Positions 37,215-50,394 of a DNA stretch of 64,000 nt are shown piece after piece. The notes under the pieces were generated by a model that was not told where the DNA came from, searched no databases, and saw only the letters and a program-made list of their open reading frames with translations. Position numbers and translations under genes: made by a program. The stretch's first letter is position 1; every line of letters begins with the position of its first letter. Source of the DNA: Guillardia theta CCMP2712 (taxonomy: Eukaryota > Protista > Cryptophyta); the NCBI RefSeq assembly GCF_000315625.1, contig NW_005434669.1, forward strand, positions 695,638 to 759,637. Reading direction: 5' to 3'.

Positions 37215-38544
37215 CTTCCATCCTGCTCCTCCTGCTCCTCCTGCTCCTCCTGCTCATTATCTTCCTGATTTGTTCGTAGGAAAAGCTCTGCTTGGTGCTG
37301 AGCGCATGGGTCCGCAACAACCCGAGCATGGCATACTGGCAGGGGCTTGACTCCCTGGCTGCTCCTCTCCTCCTCCTCTTCTACAACGACCTGCCGACCT
37401 GCTTTGGTGAGGCTTTCCCTCCTCCTCTCATCCCTCATCCCTTTCAGGTTGTTTGGATCGCCTCGTCAAAATTCATTTTCATCAGTTTTTCGTTCACGGT
37501 CACCCCGAGGCAATTATGCCTTCTGCTGCTGCTGCTGCCTCCTTGTCTCCCCCTGACTCTCACTCGCTGACAGACCTCAGCGCTGCATGCGGTCTTGAGC
37601 AGCTTCATTCGCCTCCTCGCATTTCTCGATCCTCAGCTCTTCTGCCTCCTGAAGGAGGCCGAGCTCTCTCCTGACCTCTTCGCCATCCCCTGGTTTCTCA
37701 CCTGGTTTGCTCACTCCCTTCCTCTCGACACCATCGTCCCTCTCTGGGATCAGCTGCTCTGCGGCCACAGCAACCTGCTCCTCTTCTTCGCTTGTCGCGT
37801 CCTCTCCGTCATGCGATCCTCCTTGCTCGAGGGGACAGCAGAGGAGATCTTGGAGAAGCTCAGCTCCCCTGTAACCTCTTCGCTTCTCCTCTCCTCCTCT
37901 CCTCTCCAGGCGCTCCGCTTGTTCCCTTTCCTCGCTTCCTGTTCCTCCTCTCCACGCGCTAATCGTTGCCTTGCAGGCTTACTTGCCCACCCTCCTTCAT
38001 CGCCGCCAGGATGTCTCTGGGCACGTGCAAGCAGCGCTGCAAGATCTGCGCGCGACTCCTTCCTCGGCAAGTCTCGCGAGCTCTCCTCCCTCTCTCTCAT
38101 CTTGTGCAGATCTTGTCCAACTCGCCTCCACCTGGAGTTCAGCTGGCGGAGACCAGGAAGATCATCGGGACAATCTCGCTGGACGACTGCGGTCCCTTCC
38201 TCTGTGCTGGCCTGCTGCTGGTGCTGGTGTCACGAGATGCTCTAGAGGATGAGGGGCAGGGACACGGGTGGGGTAGCATGAGGTTCGACCTGTCCAGCTG
38301 GGAGGTCAGCAAGGCAGCCAGCCAAGTGATTGCAGTGACGGCAGAGGACGAGGAGGAGAGCAGGAGACAAGCTGAGGTCCAGCGTGTGACGCTAGAGTCA
38401 TACTCTGACCTCTTCTTCAGGCTCTCCTTGTCAAGCATCTCCTCCCCCGCGTTTGCATCCTCGCGTGGTCAGACTACCTGGAGATCTTCGGCGAAACCTC
38501 CAAGACAAGCGAACCGCAGGCGAAGAAACCCGCACGCACATTAG
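35386..38544 (+). CDS. TBCK: TBC domain-containing pseudokinase
   Basis: Pseudokinase (LRHPHLAAYV, HGMLSP, DFGLSH..DHGADV, RAPE, DVWSL), YCWLAAGGD, and a TBC domain (VRGDVW, QINKDVRRCHQYHPLL, YWQGLDSL, FAIPWFLTWFAH). Confidence 0.9.
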
Positions 38545-38657
38545 CCGGGGGACGAGGAGGAGGAGGAGGAGGAGGAGGAGGAGGAGGAGGAGGTGGAGGA
38601 GGAGGTGGTGGTGGTGGTGGAGGCAAGGGACTGGGACCAGTCTCATCACTTGGAGGA

Positions 38658-38890
38658 TGGAAGCCTTCGAGTATTCTGCAGGGCATTCGAGAGACTGCAG
38701 CATCTTTGAGGTAGGAGGAGGAGGAGGAGGGGAAGGGAGAGGAGGAGGAGGAGGGGAAGGGAGAGGAGGAGGAGGAGGGGAAGGGAGGGAATATCCTCAA
38801 TTTACTGCAGGGGCGAGGAGAACAAGTTCAAAGACGCTCCTACAATTGACGGTGACCTACTTGCAGCTTTTCCTCCTCCCACTAAAACTG

Positions 38891-38938
<48 letters not shown>

Positions 38939-39765
38939 CATGCTCTCTTTCACTTTTTCTTCTCATTTTTCTCGCAGCTTCTGCCACAAATGAGGAAGGG
39001 AGGGGTCAGGAGCAGGAGGCGGCGAATCAAAGGCCCGCCTCCTGCTCCTGCTCCTCGTTCTCGTCTGTCAAGGAGGAGACTTCCAGCCTCTCCTCGTCTG
39101 TCAAGGAGGAGACTTCCAGCCTCTCCTCGTCTGGAGTGCATGGCGAGGTGACTAGAAAGACGTCAGAGATGCTCTTCAGGCGCTCTTGCTGCTCTCGCCT
39201 CCTCTTCTCTGACCCCCTGCCAGGAAAGTCTCCAGCTTGTCCTCCTGGACATTCTCTGACAACGAGGAGGAGCTGGAAGGGGAGGGAGAGCTGCACGAGG
39301 AGTTGAAACAAGAGCAAGAGGGGCTGCGGGATGGTGGAGCATCGAAGGAGGTGAGGGACGGCGCCAGTAGCCATAACTGAAGTCTTTGGCAGGACGACTC
39401 GCATGAGGAAGATGAGGAGAAGGCGGTAGAGGAACAGGAGAAGGCGATAGAGGAGGAGATGGCTTCGGAGCAGCGAGGAGGGAGCAGGTAAGGGAGTTTG
39501 TTCATCCACTGCAGAATTGTTGACTGCCTGCAAACGCAGGGAGGGGAAAGAGGAGGGAGAGGAGGGAGCAGCTGCACCATCTTTGACTTCACAGACGCCA
39601 GGGATGGGCGAGCAGGAGCAAGGGAGGGGGAGAGAGGCAGCGAGGCGGGGGGAGGAGAGTCGTCGCAAGAATTTCTTCTCCCTCCCGAGCAGCGTCCTCA
39701 GCGGAGCTCTGGACCGAGGAGCCTCGCTAGGGATGAAACTTCTAGATTCGCTTCCTGATGACTGA
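38658..39765 (+). CDS. Hypothetical acidic low-complexity protein
   Basis: Glu-rich exon-like segments bounded by GT/GC-AG introns; no motif. Confidence 0.3.
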
Positions 39766-39804
39766 ACCTCCTCTAGCCCTCCTCTTCTCCTCCACTGTCC
39801 CTTC

Positions 39805-41296
39805 TCACCATCCATAGCGAGAGTTGACTTGCTGCCTGTTCCTCTTGCTCTCAGCAGCTCGCTCGAGATACTCCAACTCGTTGGCAGCAGCCTGCAGGAG
39901 GTGAGCGAAGCAGCAGCGGGAAGGAGAAGCAGACCTGATGGAGGACATCTGTGATGTGATGCTTCCTCTTAGCCATCATCGACGTCGTCCCCGTCACCTG
40001 CCAGCACGTCACTCCCCTCCCCACCTCCTTCCTCCTCCTCCTCCTCCACCACCACTCTCCCTTCTGCTCCCCTCCTCAACCCGCAACTCGATACCTTCAT
40101 CGGCGTGTGGTAGGCAGCTGCATAGCTGATATACTGGCCATGCTTCTCACCCGCCATCATGTCCGCCTGCTCCTGCGTGAGAGGCACGAGAGCAGATCGA
40201 GCAACTCACCACTGTGACGGCGACAGGAGCGATCTCCTGCGGCACCACCTCCTCTCCCTTCGCCATCGCCCTCTTCGCCTGCATCTTGAGCTCGCGCTGC
40301 AGCTCCTCCGGCAGGTGCGCCGAGGCCCCCGCGTCCTCGCTGGGATGTGAGGGATGCTCCCACTGCGTGACTCCACTCTGAAAAAGACGCTCAGCACACG
40401 TTTCCGTCCCTCCTCTCCTCCACTTCCTCTCTACTCTCTCTTCCCTCCTCTCCCTCCTGCCTTCCTCCTCTCTTCCATCTGTCACCGTGTGGTAGTAGTA
40501 GAAAGCTCCACTCGCTTCATCCCACGCAGCTGCCCAGCCCTCCGGAAGCTTTTGACTTGAGTTAGAGAGAGGAGGAGAGAGTGGTACAAGGAAGGACTAG
40601 AAGAGCAGGGGGAAGGACGGGGAAGGAGAATTTGCCGCACCGGCTCTACAGGCTGCAGCTCCTCCTGTTGAGCCTCCTCCTGTGCTTCTAGCTCGGCTGC
40701 TCTCGCCTTGTCCTCGTTCTCGCGGGTGTCCTGCACTCTCTTCTCGAAGATGGCGGCGGCGAGATGAGAAGGCTTCTTTTTCTTCTTCAGTGCCTGAGAG
40801 GATGGGTGACATGTCAGCACACAGGAAGGAGGCGAGGGAGAGGCACGAGCATGGCGAGGAGAGGAGACATCGGAGTCAGAGGACGTGAGAGCAGACGGAT
40901 CAGACGAGCGAGAAGGAACAAGAAGGCAGAGCACACACCAGATCTTCGAAGATGTCGCTATCTGCTTTTGTTGACACGAGCTGTCGAACAGTGGATGTGT
41001 CGTTCTTGGGAGCAGGGAGCTGGAGATGGTAGAAGTTACAAGACCAGAGACAAAACAGCATGCCATCAAGTTACGCTGGCCAGAAGTCCTCCTCCTCTCC
41101 GAGAGCTGCGGAAAAGTTTCTCATCCTCCTCGTCATCATCGTCGTCATCTGCTGTAGTGCTTGCGGGAGGATGTTTCAAGGAAGGTAGAGGTAAGGTCAG
41201 AGTTCTCCTAGGCTTGCTGCTGCCTCCCTGCGGCTGCGCGGACGTCTTGGCGGGCTCTTCGTCGCTTCCACTCTCGTAGGCAGCAAACGCGTCCAT
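39805..41296 (-). CDS. PRCC: PRCC-family protein with an internal WW domain
   Basis: N-terminus MDAFAAYESGSDEE; C-terminus KRKHHITDVLHQ|AAANELEYLERAAESKRNRQQVNSRYGW*, matching the PRCC C-terminal motif; WW: LPEGWAAAWDEASGAFYYYHT|SGVTQWEHP. Confidence 0.8.
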
Positions 41297-41563
41297 GTTT
41301 GTTACGAGGGATGTCAAGGCCGGCAATCTTTCAGTTCATCACCTATGATGATGATTAGCGACAAGAAATGATATCAATGTCGTCAGACTATCTCTTCCTC
41401 TTTCTCTCTCTTCCCTCCTCTCTCCTCCCTCCTCCCCTCACCCTCCTCCCCTTCCCTTCTACGCTCGCATGCGATTTTGGACCCCGGTGGACTCCCTTGG
41501 GTGGGGTACTTTTGTAGTAATTGGAGGGGGGTGGGTGAAAAGAGGAAAGCGAGGGAGGGGCGA

Positions 41564-41595
41564 ATGGCGTCGACGAGAACTCCGTTGATCGAGGT

Positions 41596-41631
<36 letters not shown>

Positions 41632-43560
41632 ATCTTTCTCCTACTCCTGCTCTTGATCCTGCTGCTGCTGCTGCTGCTGCTTCGCTTTCGCTTTCTGATC
41701 CTGCTCCATCGGCACATGTTTCTTGTCTCATCTTTATCACTCTTGTGCGCAATTACATTCGTTCTGTCTTGTGCCCTGCTGAATGCTCGTTGCTGGTCTT
41801 CTCCTCTTCTCTTCATTTATTTCGCTCGCAAAGTTTGCGCCGCAACGTTCTCACTGACAAGGGGGACAGGTCAATTTTCTCGATGACTACAACATCAACT
41901 TCGTCCTCAGCAACACGGACGTGAGCATAGCCAATGCCCTTCGCAAAGCCATCATCTCCGAAGTTCCAACCATCGCCATAGACTTAGTGGAGATAGAAGA
42001 GAGTGAGCTCCTCCTCACACTCTCCTCCCTTCTCTTCTGCTCCCTCGCGCCGTCTCTGCCGCTGCCTACGATGATCTGTGTGCCTTCAGATTCTTCGGTG
42101 CTGGCCGACGAGTTCATCGCCCATCGCCTGGGGTTGATCCCCCTGGTGTCGACGAGAGCGATGCACGCGGATGGCCCCGTGCCTTTCAGGTTCGGAGCCT
42201 CTGACTTGCAAGGGGTTGAATGATGTTGGATCAGAGATGTTGAAGGCAACATAACATCCTTCCTTTGGCATCATGAGGCATCAGAGTATGTCTGCGAGCT
42301 TCTTCTTTTATTTTCTGAGTATTGCTTTCCTTGCATGACAATGCGATCTGGACATCTGTTCGCTTCTCTCTTCTCTTCTCTGCAGCGACAAAGATTGCGA
42401 AATAAAGTTTGAGCTCGAGGTCAGGAACACCGAAGACAACCCGATGGAGGTGAGATTGATCCTCATCCGCCTCTTGGAGGTTCTGAGACACGGCGGAGGT
42501 GACGACAAGGCATCTCCGACTAGCGGCAATGCACGGAGATTCCTCACAGGAGAACTGCGGTTCTTGCTGCATTGCTTGTGGTCTTCTTGATGATTGATCG
42601 GATGAGCAGGAGTGAAGCCCGTTGAGTATGACCCCGAGTATCCTGTTGTGATCGCGAAGCTGAAGCGGTCCTCTTGCTCTGCTCTTGCTCTGCTCTTGCT
42701 CTGCTCTGCTCTTCTCTTGTCTGATCTGCTCTGCTCCTCCCTGCTCCTCTCCATCTTCTCTCATCGTCTGATCCTTATTCTCCTGACACTCTTGGTAGAA
42801 ATCAAGCCATCAAGCTTACAGCAATTGCAAAGAAGGGGGTCGGTAAGATGCACAGCAAGTGGTCGCCTGCCAGGTTCGTCCTCTTGTCTCCTGGAACCCT
42901 CGTGACGGTGGCAACTCAGTGGCGTCTACTTCACCTACGAGCCAGTTGTCACCATCAACTACGAGAGGATGGAGGGACTATCAGCCCAGCAGCGCAAGAC
43001 TTGGGTAGAAGCATGTCCGCCGGGGATCTTGAGGTTCAACGAGATGACAGGACAGGTCGGCACGTCTTGATGCTCTGCTCATTGGCTCTCTAGTGGTGAC
43101 TTCTGGCTGTGCAGGTGGAAGTTGAGGATGAAATCAACAATGGTGAGAGGCAAGGCAGGGTTTTCTTGACGTCTCAAGTCTCTTGCTCGCTCGCAGGTAT
43201 CGCCTTCAGCGGAGAGTGCGAGAAAGTCGCCAAGGAGGTACGAGACGCGAATAGCAATGGCAGGGCAGCTCATTCTCTTCAGTTGTTCGGTTATGACTTC
43301 TACGACTTGATCGTCATCAAGCCCAAGAGCGGCTCCGATGGATACGTGAGAAAAGTTCTCCTGCATCGTGTGGTTGATGGCCTGCTAGCCCGACAGGTTC
43401 AACTTCTTCGTGGAGACTAACGGAGCGCTGGACCCGGTGACGCTTGTGCGAGCGGCGATATGGGAGGTGAGAGGAGAACTTCTCTTGCTATCAAAGTGAC
43501 TCTCGAGCGAAGTTGGTCCGCAAGGTTCAGAATATCGAAGAGTCTCTAAGAACAGGTTGA
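41564..43560 (+). CDS. RPB3: RNA polymerase II subunit RPB3
   Basis: [30 protein letters not shown]|[53 protein letters not shown]. Confidence 0.93.
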
Positions 43561-43661
43561 CTGATGTTCGTCCAGCCTGAGAGGTCTCACTGACTGGCTC
43601 GTAGGAGAGATGTAGAGAAGCAAGCTCAACACGTGGAGGATGATAAAGTTTTCTCAAGCAA

Positions 43662-45002
43662 TCACATGAAGAGGCCTCCGTCCACTGTGATGGTTTGGCC
43701 TGTGATATACGAGGCTCCTCGGGAGCACCTGCATCCGCAAGTCAAGCACCGCACGCTGCCTCCTCTTCCTCACAGGAAGGCGACAGCACTCGCGACTTCC
43801 TGGGCCTCTCCGAATCGATTCAGCGCGACCTGCTCTTGCCATTTTGCTCGCGTTTCTTGTTGGAGTGTCAGGGGTGAAGGAGTGATATCGCATCACCTGG
43901 CGGCAAGCTCGACGTGAGGTCAGTCTGGATGAACCCTGGCTCCTGCTCGCCCGTCAGTTGTCCTCCTCCTCCCCCTTCCTTTCTTGGTACCACAAGGTTC
44001 ACTCGTATCCCTCGCGGGCCCAGCTTCATCCCAGCAAGTCAACAGGCAGGCAGTGCGAGCATGCCGGTACCTCGCGGGCGAGAGACTTGGTGAAGCCGAT
44101 CATCCCCGCCTGCCCGTCACGCTCATGGTGACTCGTCACAGAGCAAGCGAGGGACCTTGGACGCTGAGTACGCGGCTTGACCGGCATTGCCATGCGACCC
44201 GACGACCTGCGCGAGGCTCATGGGAATGCAGCAAGCCCGCCTCCTTACACTGCCGATGTTGACGATTGACCCGTGCACCCGATGCTTCACCATCCCCTTG
44301 ACGATCTCCTGCTGCCGCTCTCAGTCGCTCTGCTCGGGCTGACCTCAGAGTGACCTTGGTGAAGAGCATGTGCCCGACCAGATTCGTGTTCATCAGGTCG
44401 ACTATCTGCTGCTCGCTCATCCTCACCAACAACGCGTCCTGCTGTCATGCTCAGGCCGATGTTGACTGACCCGGGAAGCAGCACCTGAGATGTTCCCGCA
44501 TTGTTCACGAGGATGTCAGGGTTGAAATCAATCTCTCCCAGCTTTGACAGCTGCGCAAAGATGTAAGTCAAGCGATGGCTGAATATGGAAGCTTACCGCC
44601 TCCTCTCTGCTCGAGGCAGAAGAGATGTCGCACTTCACGAAAGTGTGCTTCAAGGATGAGTTGGGCAAACTTGCCTTGATGCAACTCATCGTGAGGTTCC
44701 AACAGATGTGGACTTACAATGACGTCTTGACATGCTTTCTCGTCACGAGACAAGATCGCAATTCTCCCTCCTTGCCTGGCAAGCTCATGGCAGATCTGCT
44801 CACAAAGAAGCAAATCAACACTAGACAATACAGTTTGATGGTTTCGCTCTGACTTGACCTGAAGCCCTATATGTGTCTCTCTTTCTCTCTGTCTTCCTCT
44901 CTTCCTCTCTTCCTCTCTCCCTCTCTCCCTCTCTCCCTCTCTCCCTCCCCCTCTCACCGCTCTTCCGATGCCTCGGCTTCCGCCTGTCACAATCGCCTTC
45001 AT
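43662..45002 (-). CDS. Short-chain dehydrogenase, 3-oxoacyl-ACP reductase (FabG/CBR4-like)
   Basis: TGGSRGIG, LVNNAG, IVNIGS|VVGSHGNAGQAAYSASK, GFIQTDLT, YITGQTITVDGG. Confidence 0.92.
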
Positions 45003-45493
45003 TTTCGTTTCTTACAACCCAACACCACCCACCCTGTTCCCCTCCTAAGAACCTCTTTATTACCCCCCTTTGATGCGCTTTGTACCCCTTCCTACCATAC
45101 CTACCTACCCCTACTGCTATCAGTGGCTTAGCGATGCGACTACTAATGTGAAGCATGCAGCGATGGCTGCTGCTGCTGCTGCTGCTGCCTCCTTCCCCCG
45201 TCACTTCCGCTGCCTCCCTCCGTCTAGCAGGAGGAGGCTTAATGAGCAAGAGGCCTGGAAGCAATGTGTTGGTTCCTACCACCACTCCGGGATCGGTAAG
45301 TTCCAATGGTGGCGAGGACGAGTGCCGAAAGGAGGATGAGAAGGGCAATGGTGTGAAAATGTGGAGGCAGACGGGGAGGCAGGCAGAGAGGCAGGCAGGG
45401 ATGAGAAGAGACAGAGAGGCAGGCAGGGATGAGAAGAGACAGGGTGAACGCAGAGGAATGGTTTGATTGATGATCAAGGTACATAAATTCGAC

Positions 45494-48071
45494 ATGCCTT
45501 CATACACAACCTTGGATGTCAACCCAGACTTTTCGTTGGATGATCAGGTTGGGTTAACCGTCAGCTTCTCTTGTCTTACCGCTGGTAGGATTGGTATGCA
45601 GGCATGGACGAGGACGAGGTAGTGCTTGCTGGCTTGCTGGCTTGACATTGAGCCTGACCCTCGCAGGCAAGTAACGGTACTGTTGGTTCTCTTCCTATTC
45701 CCGAACCATTGCCGCCGCTCGTTCAGGTTCCGTGTGCATCGCATTACTTTAATGTTTTGACTGCAAGCTTTCTTCAGCTCGCCATTGGAAATGTGAGAAA
45801 TGCGCCCATCAATACACAAGTGGCGATGGCATGGGTGTTGAAGACCGATGAGAGGCTGATTGTGATCCTTTGCAACTAAAACAGGATGTTTCTTAACTCA
45901 CACAACCAGGAAAGATTCCAAAAACGTTCCGATGAAGTGAAACATAACATTTGCAAGACATGCCTTGGGCCGAACGTGATGGTTGACGTCAAAGTGTAAG
46001 TTCAACTTGTTCCGAACTATTCTAACAAGTCCCAGGCTCCCCAACAAGGGAATCTGCATCATATGCAAAGATCGCTATGATCGTCTAAAGTGAATTCGAT
46101 GTCGACTGTTGCTCCTGGGTGAAGAGCTCGCAGGTGGACACCAGACACCATCGACGTCAGGTTGAAGGTACCTTCAATTATGCCGCCCTTGAGACATGCT
46201 GACCGTGAGCAGGTTAGGACAAAATATTCGATCATATGCAAAAAATGTGCGGAGAAGAAAGATGTCTGTCAGGTGCTCGCCCAATGTGTGTGTATCAAGT
46301 AATACTGACGCTGCAATGCATTGATAGACTTGTCTCTTTGACATGAAGTTTGGACTGCCTGTGGAGGTTCGTGATAAATTGTTGGCAAGGTACGAAATTG
46401 GTTGTTTGGACGTTGTGAGAGACATGCTTTGGCGTTGCATGGATTGCAATCTTTACTTTCTACTCTCTTTTTTATGCTCTCAACTTTCTTCGAATACTTG
46501 CTGAGAAAGATCCTAATTTCGTCTCCTTTACAGAACCGACGGGGTGATCCCCAGCAGCATCGTCAAGCTATTGCCTGAAGCTCCCGACTACCTTCTTGAC
46601 GATGTCTGTCTTTCCTCGAGCGAACTGTGTCTTGACAAATGAACAGGAGGAGGTGAAGAAGAGGAATGAGCGCATGTCAAAAGCTGAGGTCACTTGTCTC
46701 AATGTGTCTCTCAGTCTCAAGTAGAAGCAGGGCGCAAGAAGATTGAGTCACGGACCTGGAACACCTCTGCTCACCCTCCAGACACAAGGAGACGAGACAC
46801 AACCTACCGACCTTCTCGAGCGACAATCATCCGAAATCATGGATGATCACGAGGACTCTTGCAAAACTCACAAGACGACCAAGATAGCAGGTTATCAATT
46901 CGTTTGTGGAAAGATTTCGAGACCAAACAAGTTGAAACAGCAGAAGAGCGAAGGTTATGATTGAACCATGATGCTTTATTTGTTGTGAATGAGAGAATGC
47001 AGATGCGATCTCAGAGAAGATATCACTCTCGACGTTCAAAAAAGTTGTTTGTGGATGATGTCAAGATCGATCTCAATATGAGCAGGTCCAGGCACTCTTC
47101 AAGAAAAAAAGATCTTGGCAAACTTTCTACCAGCAGAACAGGTTCTGGCATCAAATCCAGTCTTCGGCTCTCATTGTCCATTTCCGACAGAGCGAAGATA
47201 TGCACGTTTTGGATGCGAGGGGAGTGTGGCAAGGGAGTGTTCTGTGAGTTCCGGTAACTCCCTCACGGTCTCCTGCTGCTGCCTCACGGACTTGAAGGCA
47301 CGAGAAGCCAACAGGCGGCGAGATGGTCTCGATGGGTCTGGTGAGAGGGAGGGGTTGGCCCGTTGACATGTGAAGGTGACTTGAAGTCGGTCAGGTGCCG
47401 GGGGTCAGGGCTCCTTCGTCCTACGATAGCATCCGAGCTAGATACATGGGCACCGGGGGAGATCCTGTCGGCCTTTCCTCCTCTCCTCTGACGTGCTGAA
47501 GCTGCCGGCAGGTCGGACTGGAGATGACCAAGTTGCTCGTGGGGGAGGGAGACGACCTCCTCCAAGGCAGGGAAGAAGCGACGAGGGTGGAGAGAAGGTT
47601 GGGTCGCTGGTTTTGGCGAGGTGTAACCAGAGGTTAGCAGTACTTCGACTCGTCCTGTGTGGAGTAGCAGCGCCTCTAAAGGCAACCCGACGTCTCCTCG
47701 CTCCTCCTCTCACTCGCTCTGCAGGCGAGAGCACCATCGTCGTAACTTGGGACACTTTCGCGTCCCTTCAAGATCTCTCGCTGCGCACAAGATTCTCAAG
47801 ATTCGGCGAGGTGAGTCAGAAAGGTGGAGGAGAGAGCGTGACCGAGTTGGTAGGTCACGAGCGTTCGGGTGGCGAAGGGAGCAGGTCGAGCATACATCAA
47901 GTTTGCTAAGGTGATTCACTTTTCTTCCTCTGCGCTCTTGCCAGGTCAGGTCGCCCGCCCTCACTTTCTTCGCAGGCTGCCTGTGCTGCTGAAGCGGCGA
48001 ACGAGGCCAACGGAGAAGTTTTGGAAGGAGTGAAGATCAGCACGCAGCTGCGCAAGCCGTTGACGCGATGA
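45494..48071 (+). CDS. RBM22/Slt11(Ecm2)-like splicing factor (Cys-rich N domain, CCCH finger, RRM)
   Basis: ICKTCLGPN, CIIC, ICKKCAEKKDVCQ|CLFDMKFGLPVEVRD, ICTFWMRGECGKGVFCEFR(H), and a C-terminal RRM (FSRFGE..RAYIKF). Confidence 0.75.
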
Positions 48072-48149
48072 GGGAGGGAGACACTTTGACGTGAGCTTGC
48101 AAGGAGGAAAGAAAAGCGATGGAAATGCGAGAATGAAATTCATGCTTTA

Positions 48150-48264
48150 TTCGCCAGGTTGATTTAGCATCCTATACTGTACAGTAACCGCTGGCCGACG
48201 CCCATCCTCGAGTCAAGCTCAGGATTGACTGCAAGAAGGTCAGAGTTAACGCTCCTCCACCACC

Positions 48265-48303
<39 letters not shown>

Positions 48304-50350
48304 CCCTGCGCCTGCGCCTGCGCCTGCCCCTCCCTTCTTACCGCTCCCCCTGCTCGCAGCACAGCGTTTGCGACAAGAAACGAGCGGAGCCACCCGAGGG
48401 GACGCTGTGCAACTAAGTCAGTCGGACCAGCTTCTAACCTCCCCTCTCCTCCTCCAAGTCTTTCCACCCTTCCCAGATTCTTCCTCACCAGCATTCTATC
48501 ATAGCTCTCGCGTCGCAGCAGAAAGGCTTTCAGTGAGAACCCCGCATGCGAGGACCGCCTGCAGCAGCAGCATGAGGCAGCGAAGGAGCTCGGAGTGACA
48601 GACCAGGAGGTCGCGAGAGGGAAGAAGGCGTGATTGCTCCGCGTCCTCTCTGCTCTCAGCAGCGGCCTGTACGCTCATCAAGGGAAGATAACGAGACGGC
48701 CAAGGCAGACAAGTCCAGCTGGTCGTGACGAAGGAGGTTGACCCCTGCAGCATCTCCTCGCTCCCTCAGGATCTCAGGCTCGTCGTCAGCTACGAATCCC
48801 CTTGGCTCTCCTCACCGCTATCGCCTCGGGCAGATACGCTCCACGGCCCTCGGAAAACTCAACGCTGACATTACGAGTGAGGGGGGGAGGGAGTGGGGGC
48901 AGCTTACTCGTTGCTCGCAAACAAGATGTAAGGAGACCGGGAGAGATGAAGTGCCACGTCAGCAGCCCGCAGCTCGTCTGCCTCCTCCGACAGTCGCACA
49001 ATTGCGACACCCTGAGCAGCGTCAGAAGGATGCGACAGACTTGAAACGGACGATCATGCGACCGTTCGGGGATGCAAGAAATGAGACGAGGAGCAGCAGA
49101 ATCGAAAAGCGCGAGCAAAGGTAGGTGGCGAGAGCAGGGAAGATGACAGCGAGCGTGACCTTGAACTCCTGCAGGATTTCTTCGTTATACCCAGAAGTCT
49201 CGTTACGTCGCACCAGGATGAGAATCTCTTGCACTGGATAGCTGTTTGAGTCGAACAAGCTCTGATGGACATTTCAGTGCCTCCCTCCTCTACTTGTGCC
49301 TCCAATCACCAGCAGCAATCTCTTCATCGCTTGTATGTCTCCACTCAGGCAGAGCAGGGCGACGGTTACTTCGCATTCCTCAGGGGCTATAGATTTCTGC
49401 ATCGAAAATCTCTTCGCTCTCTTTGCCACCAGCTCATCGTCCTTGCCCAGTAAGCCTTCTTGCCTTGCGCAAGGAACGGGGACTACTCCCTCCCATCCGC
49501 ACAGAGAGTTGCACGAGTCTCCTCCCGCTAGGCATGCCATGTCCATCTCGCCCACCGCCTCTGCCTCCTCCTCCTCTTCCTCGGCTTCGCTTGTCATGAC
49601 CTCAACTGCCATGCTCGCTTCGCACTCCTCATCCTCTTTCAGATTCCTGATGCTGCCGCACCCCGTTAGAGCTCCGTCTGGGCTGCCAAGGACAGATCAT
49701 TCAACCGCCTGCCCAGCTTCTGTGCTCACCGATGGATGGCAGCGATGAGGACGAGTGAAGAGGTCACTTGCTCTTCCTCGGAGAGAGAAAGCTGCCGGGA
49801 ATGAGCGGCAGGAGAAGCAGCAAAGGCGTCTCACCTCGAAGCTCGCGGACTCTGTAAAACTCACGAACTTGTTCATAGCAGACAGGCTGAAGGAGGCGTA
49901 CGAGTTTGGATGAAGTGCCTATAACAAGTAAGGCATGCTGCCCTTGTCCTTGCCTGGCTTACTTGCATCCCATTCATCCTCACGCTCACTGACCAGGTCG
50001 ATCTTCTCTCCACGAGAGCTGAGACGCTCCAGTCAAAGGAGATACCAGCGCAGATCGATAGATTTCTGCTTGAGCCGCATCCTCCGAGTTCCTGTCGCTA
50101 CCTCACCCTCGATCGATCAACTTTCCCCTTCACCTTCGCAGTGATTGTCAATCTTTTGATCTTTGAAGTCTTTTGGTCTGTCAAATGCTTCAGACGATTG
50201 TCGTTTCAAGTGCTACGACCTGGAAGAGGGTCGCAGACTCGGTCAAGCTCGATGACGTATTCTGCGTGAGGGAGAAAATCGACTACTTCATCCATGTGCA
50301 CGTCCTTTCCGACATCTTCGCTTGCAGTCGCTCGGAGAGAAACAAGCTTG
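48150..50350 (-). CDS. Hypothetical multi-exon protein (may continue the upstream gene)
   Basis: Chains of coding-like minus-strand ORFs (e.g. 49022-49258, 49274-49612, 48786-49118) with short introns; no motif recognised. Confidence 0.35.
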
Positions 50351-50394
50351 CAACATCTTACAAGACCGAGGCGAGACGAGGCGAGGAGTCACCT

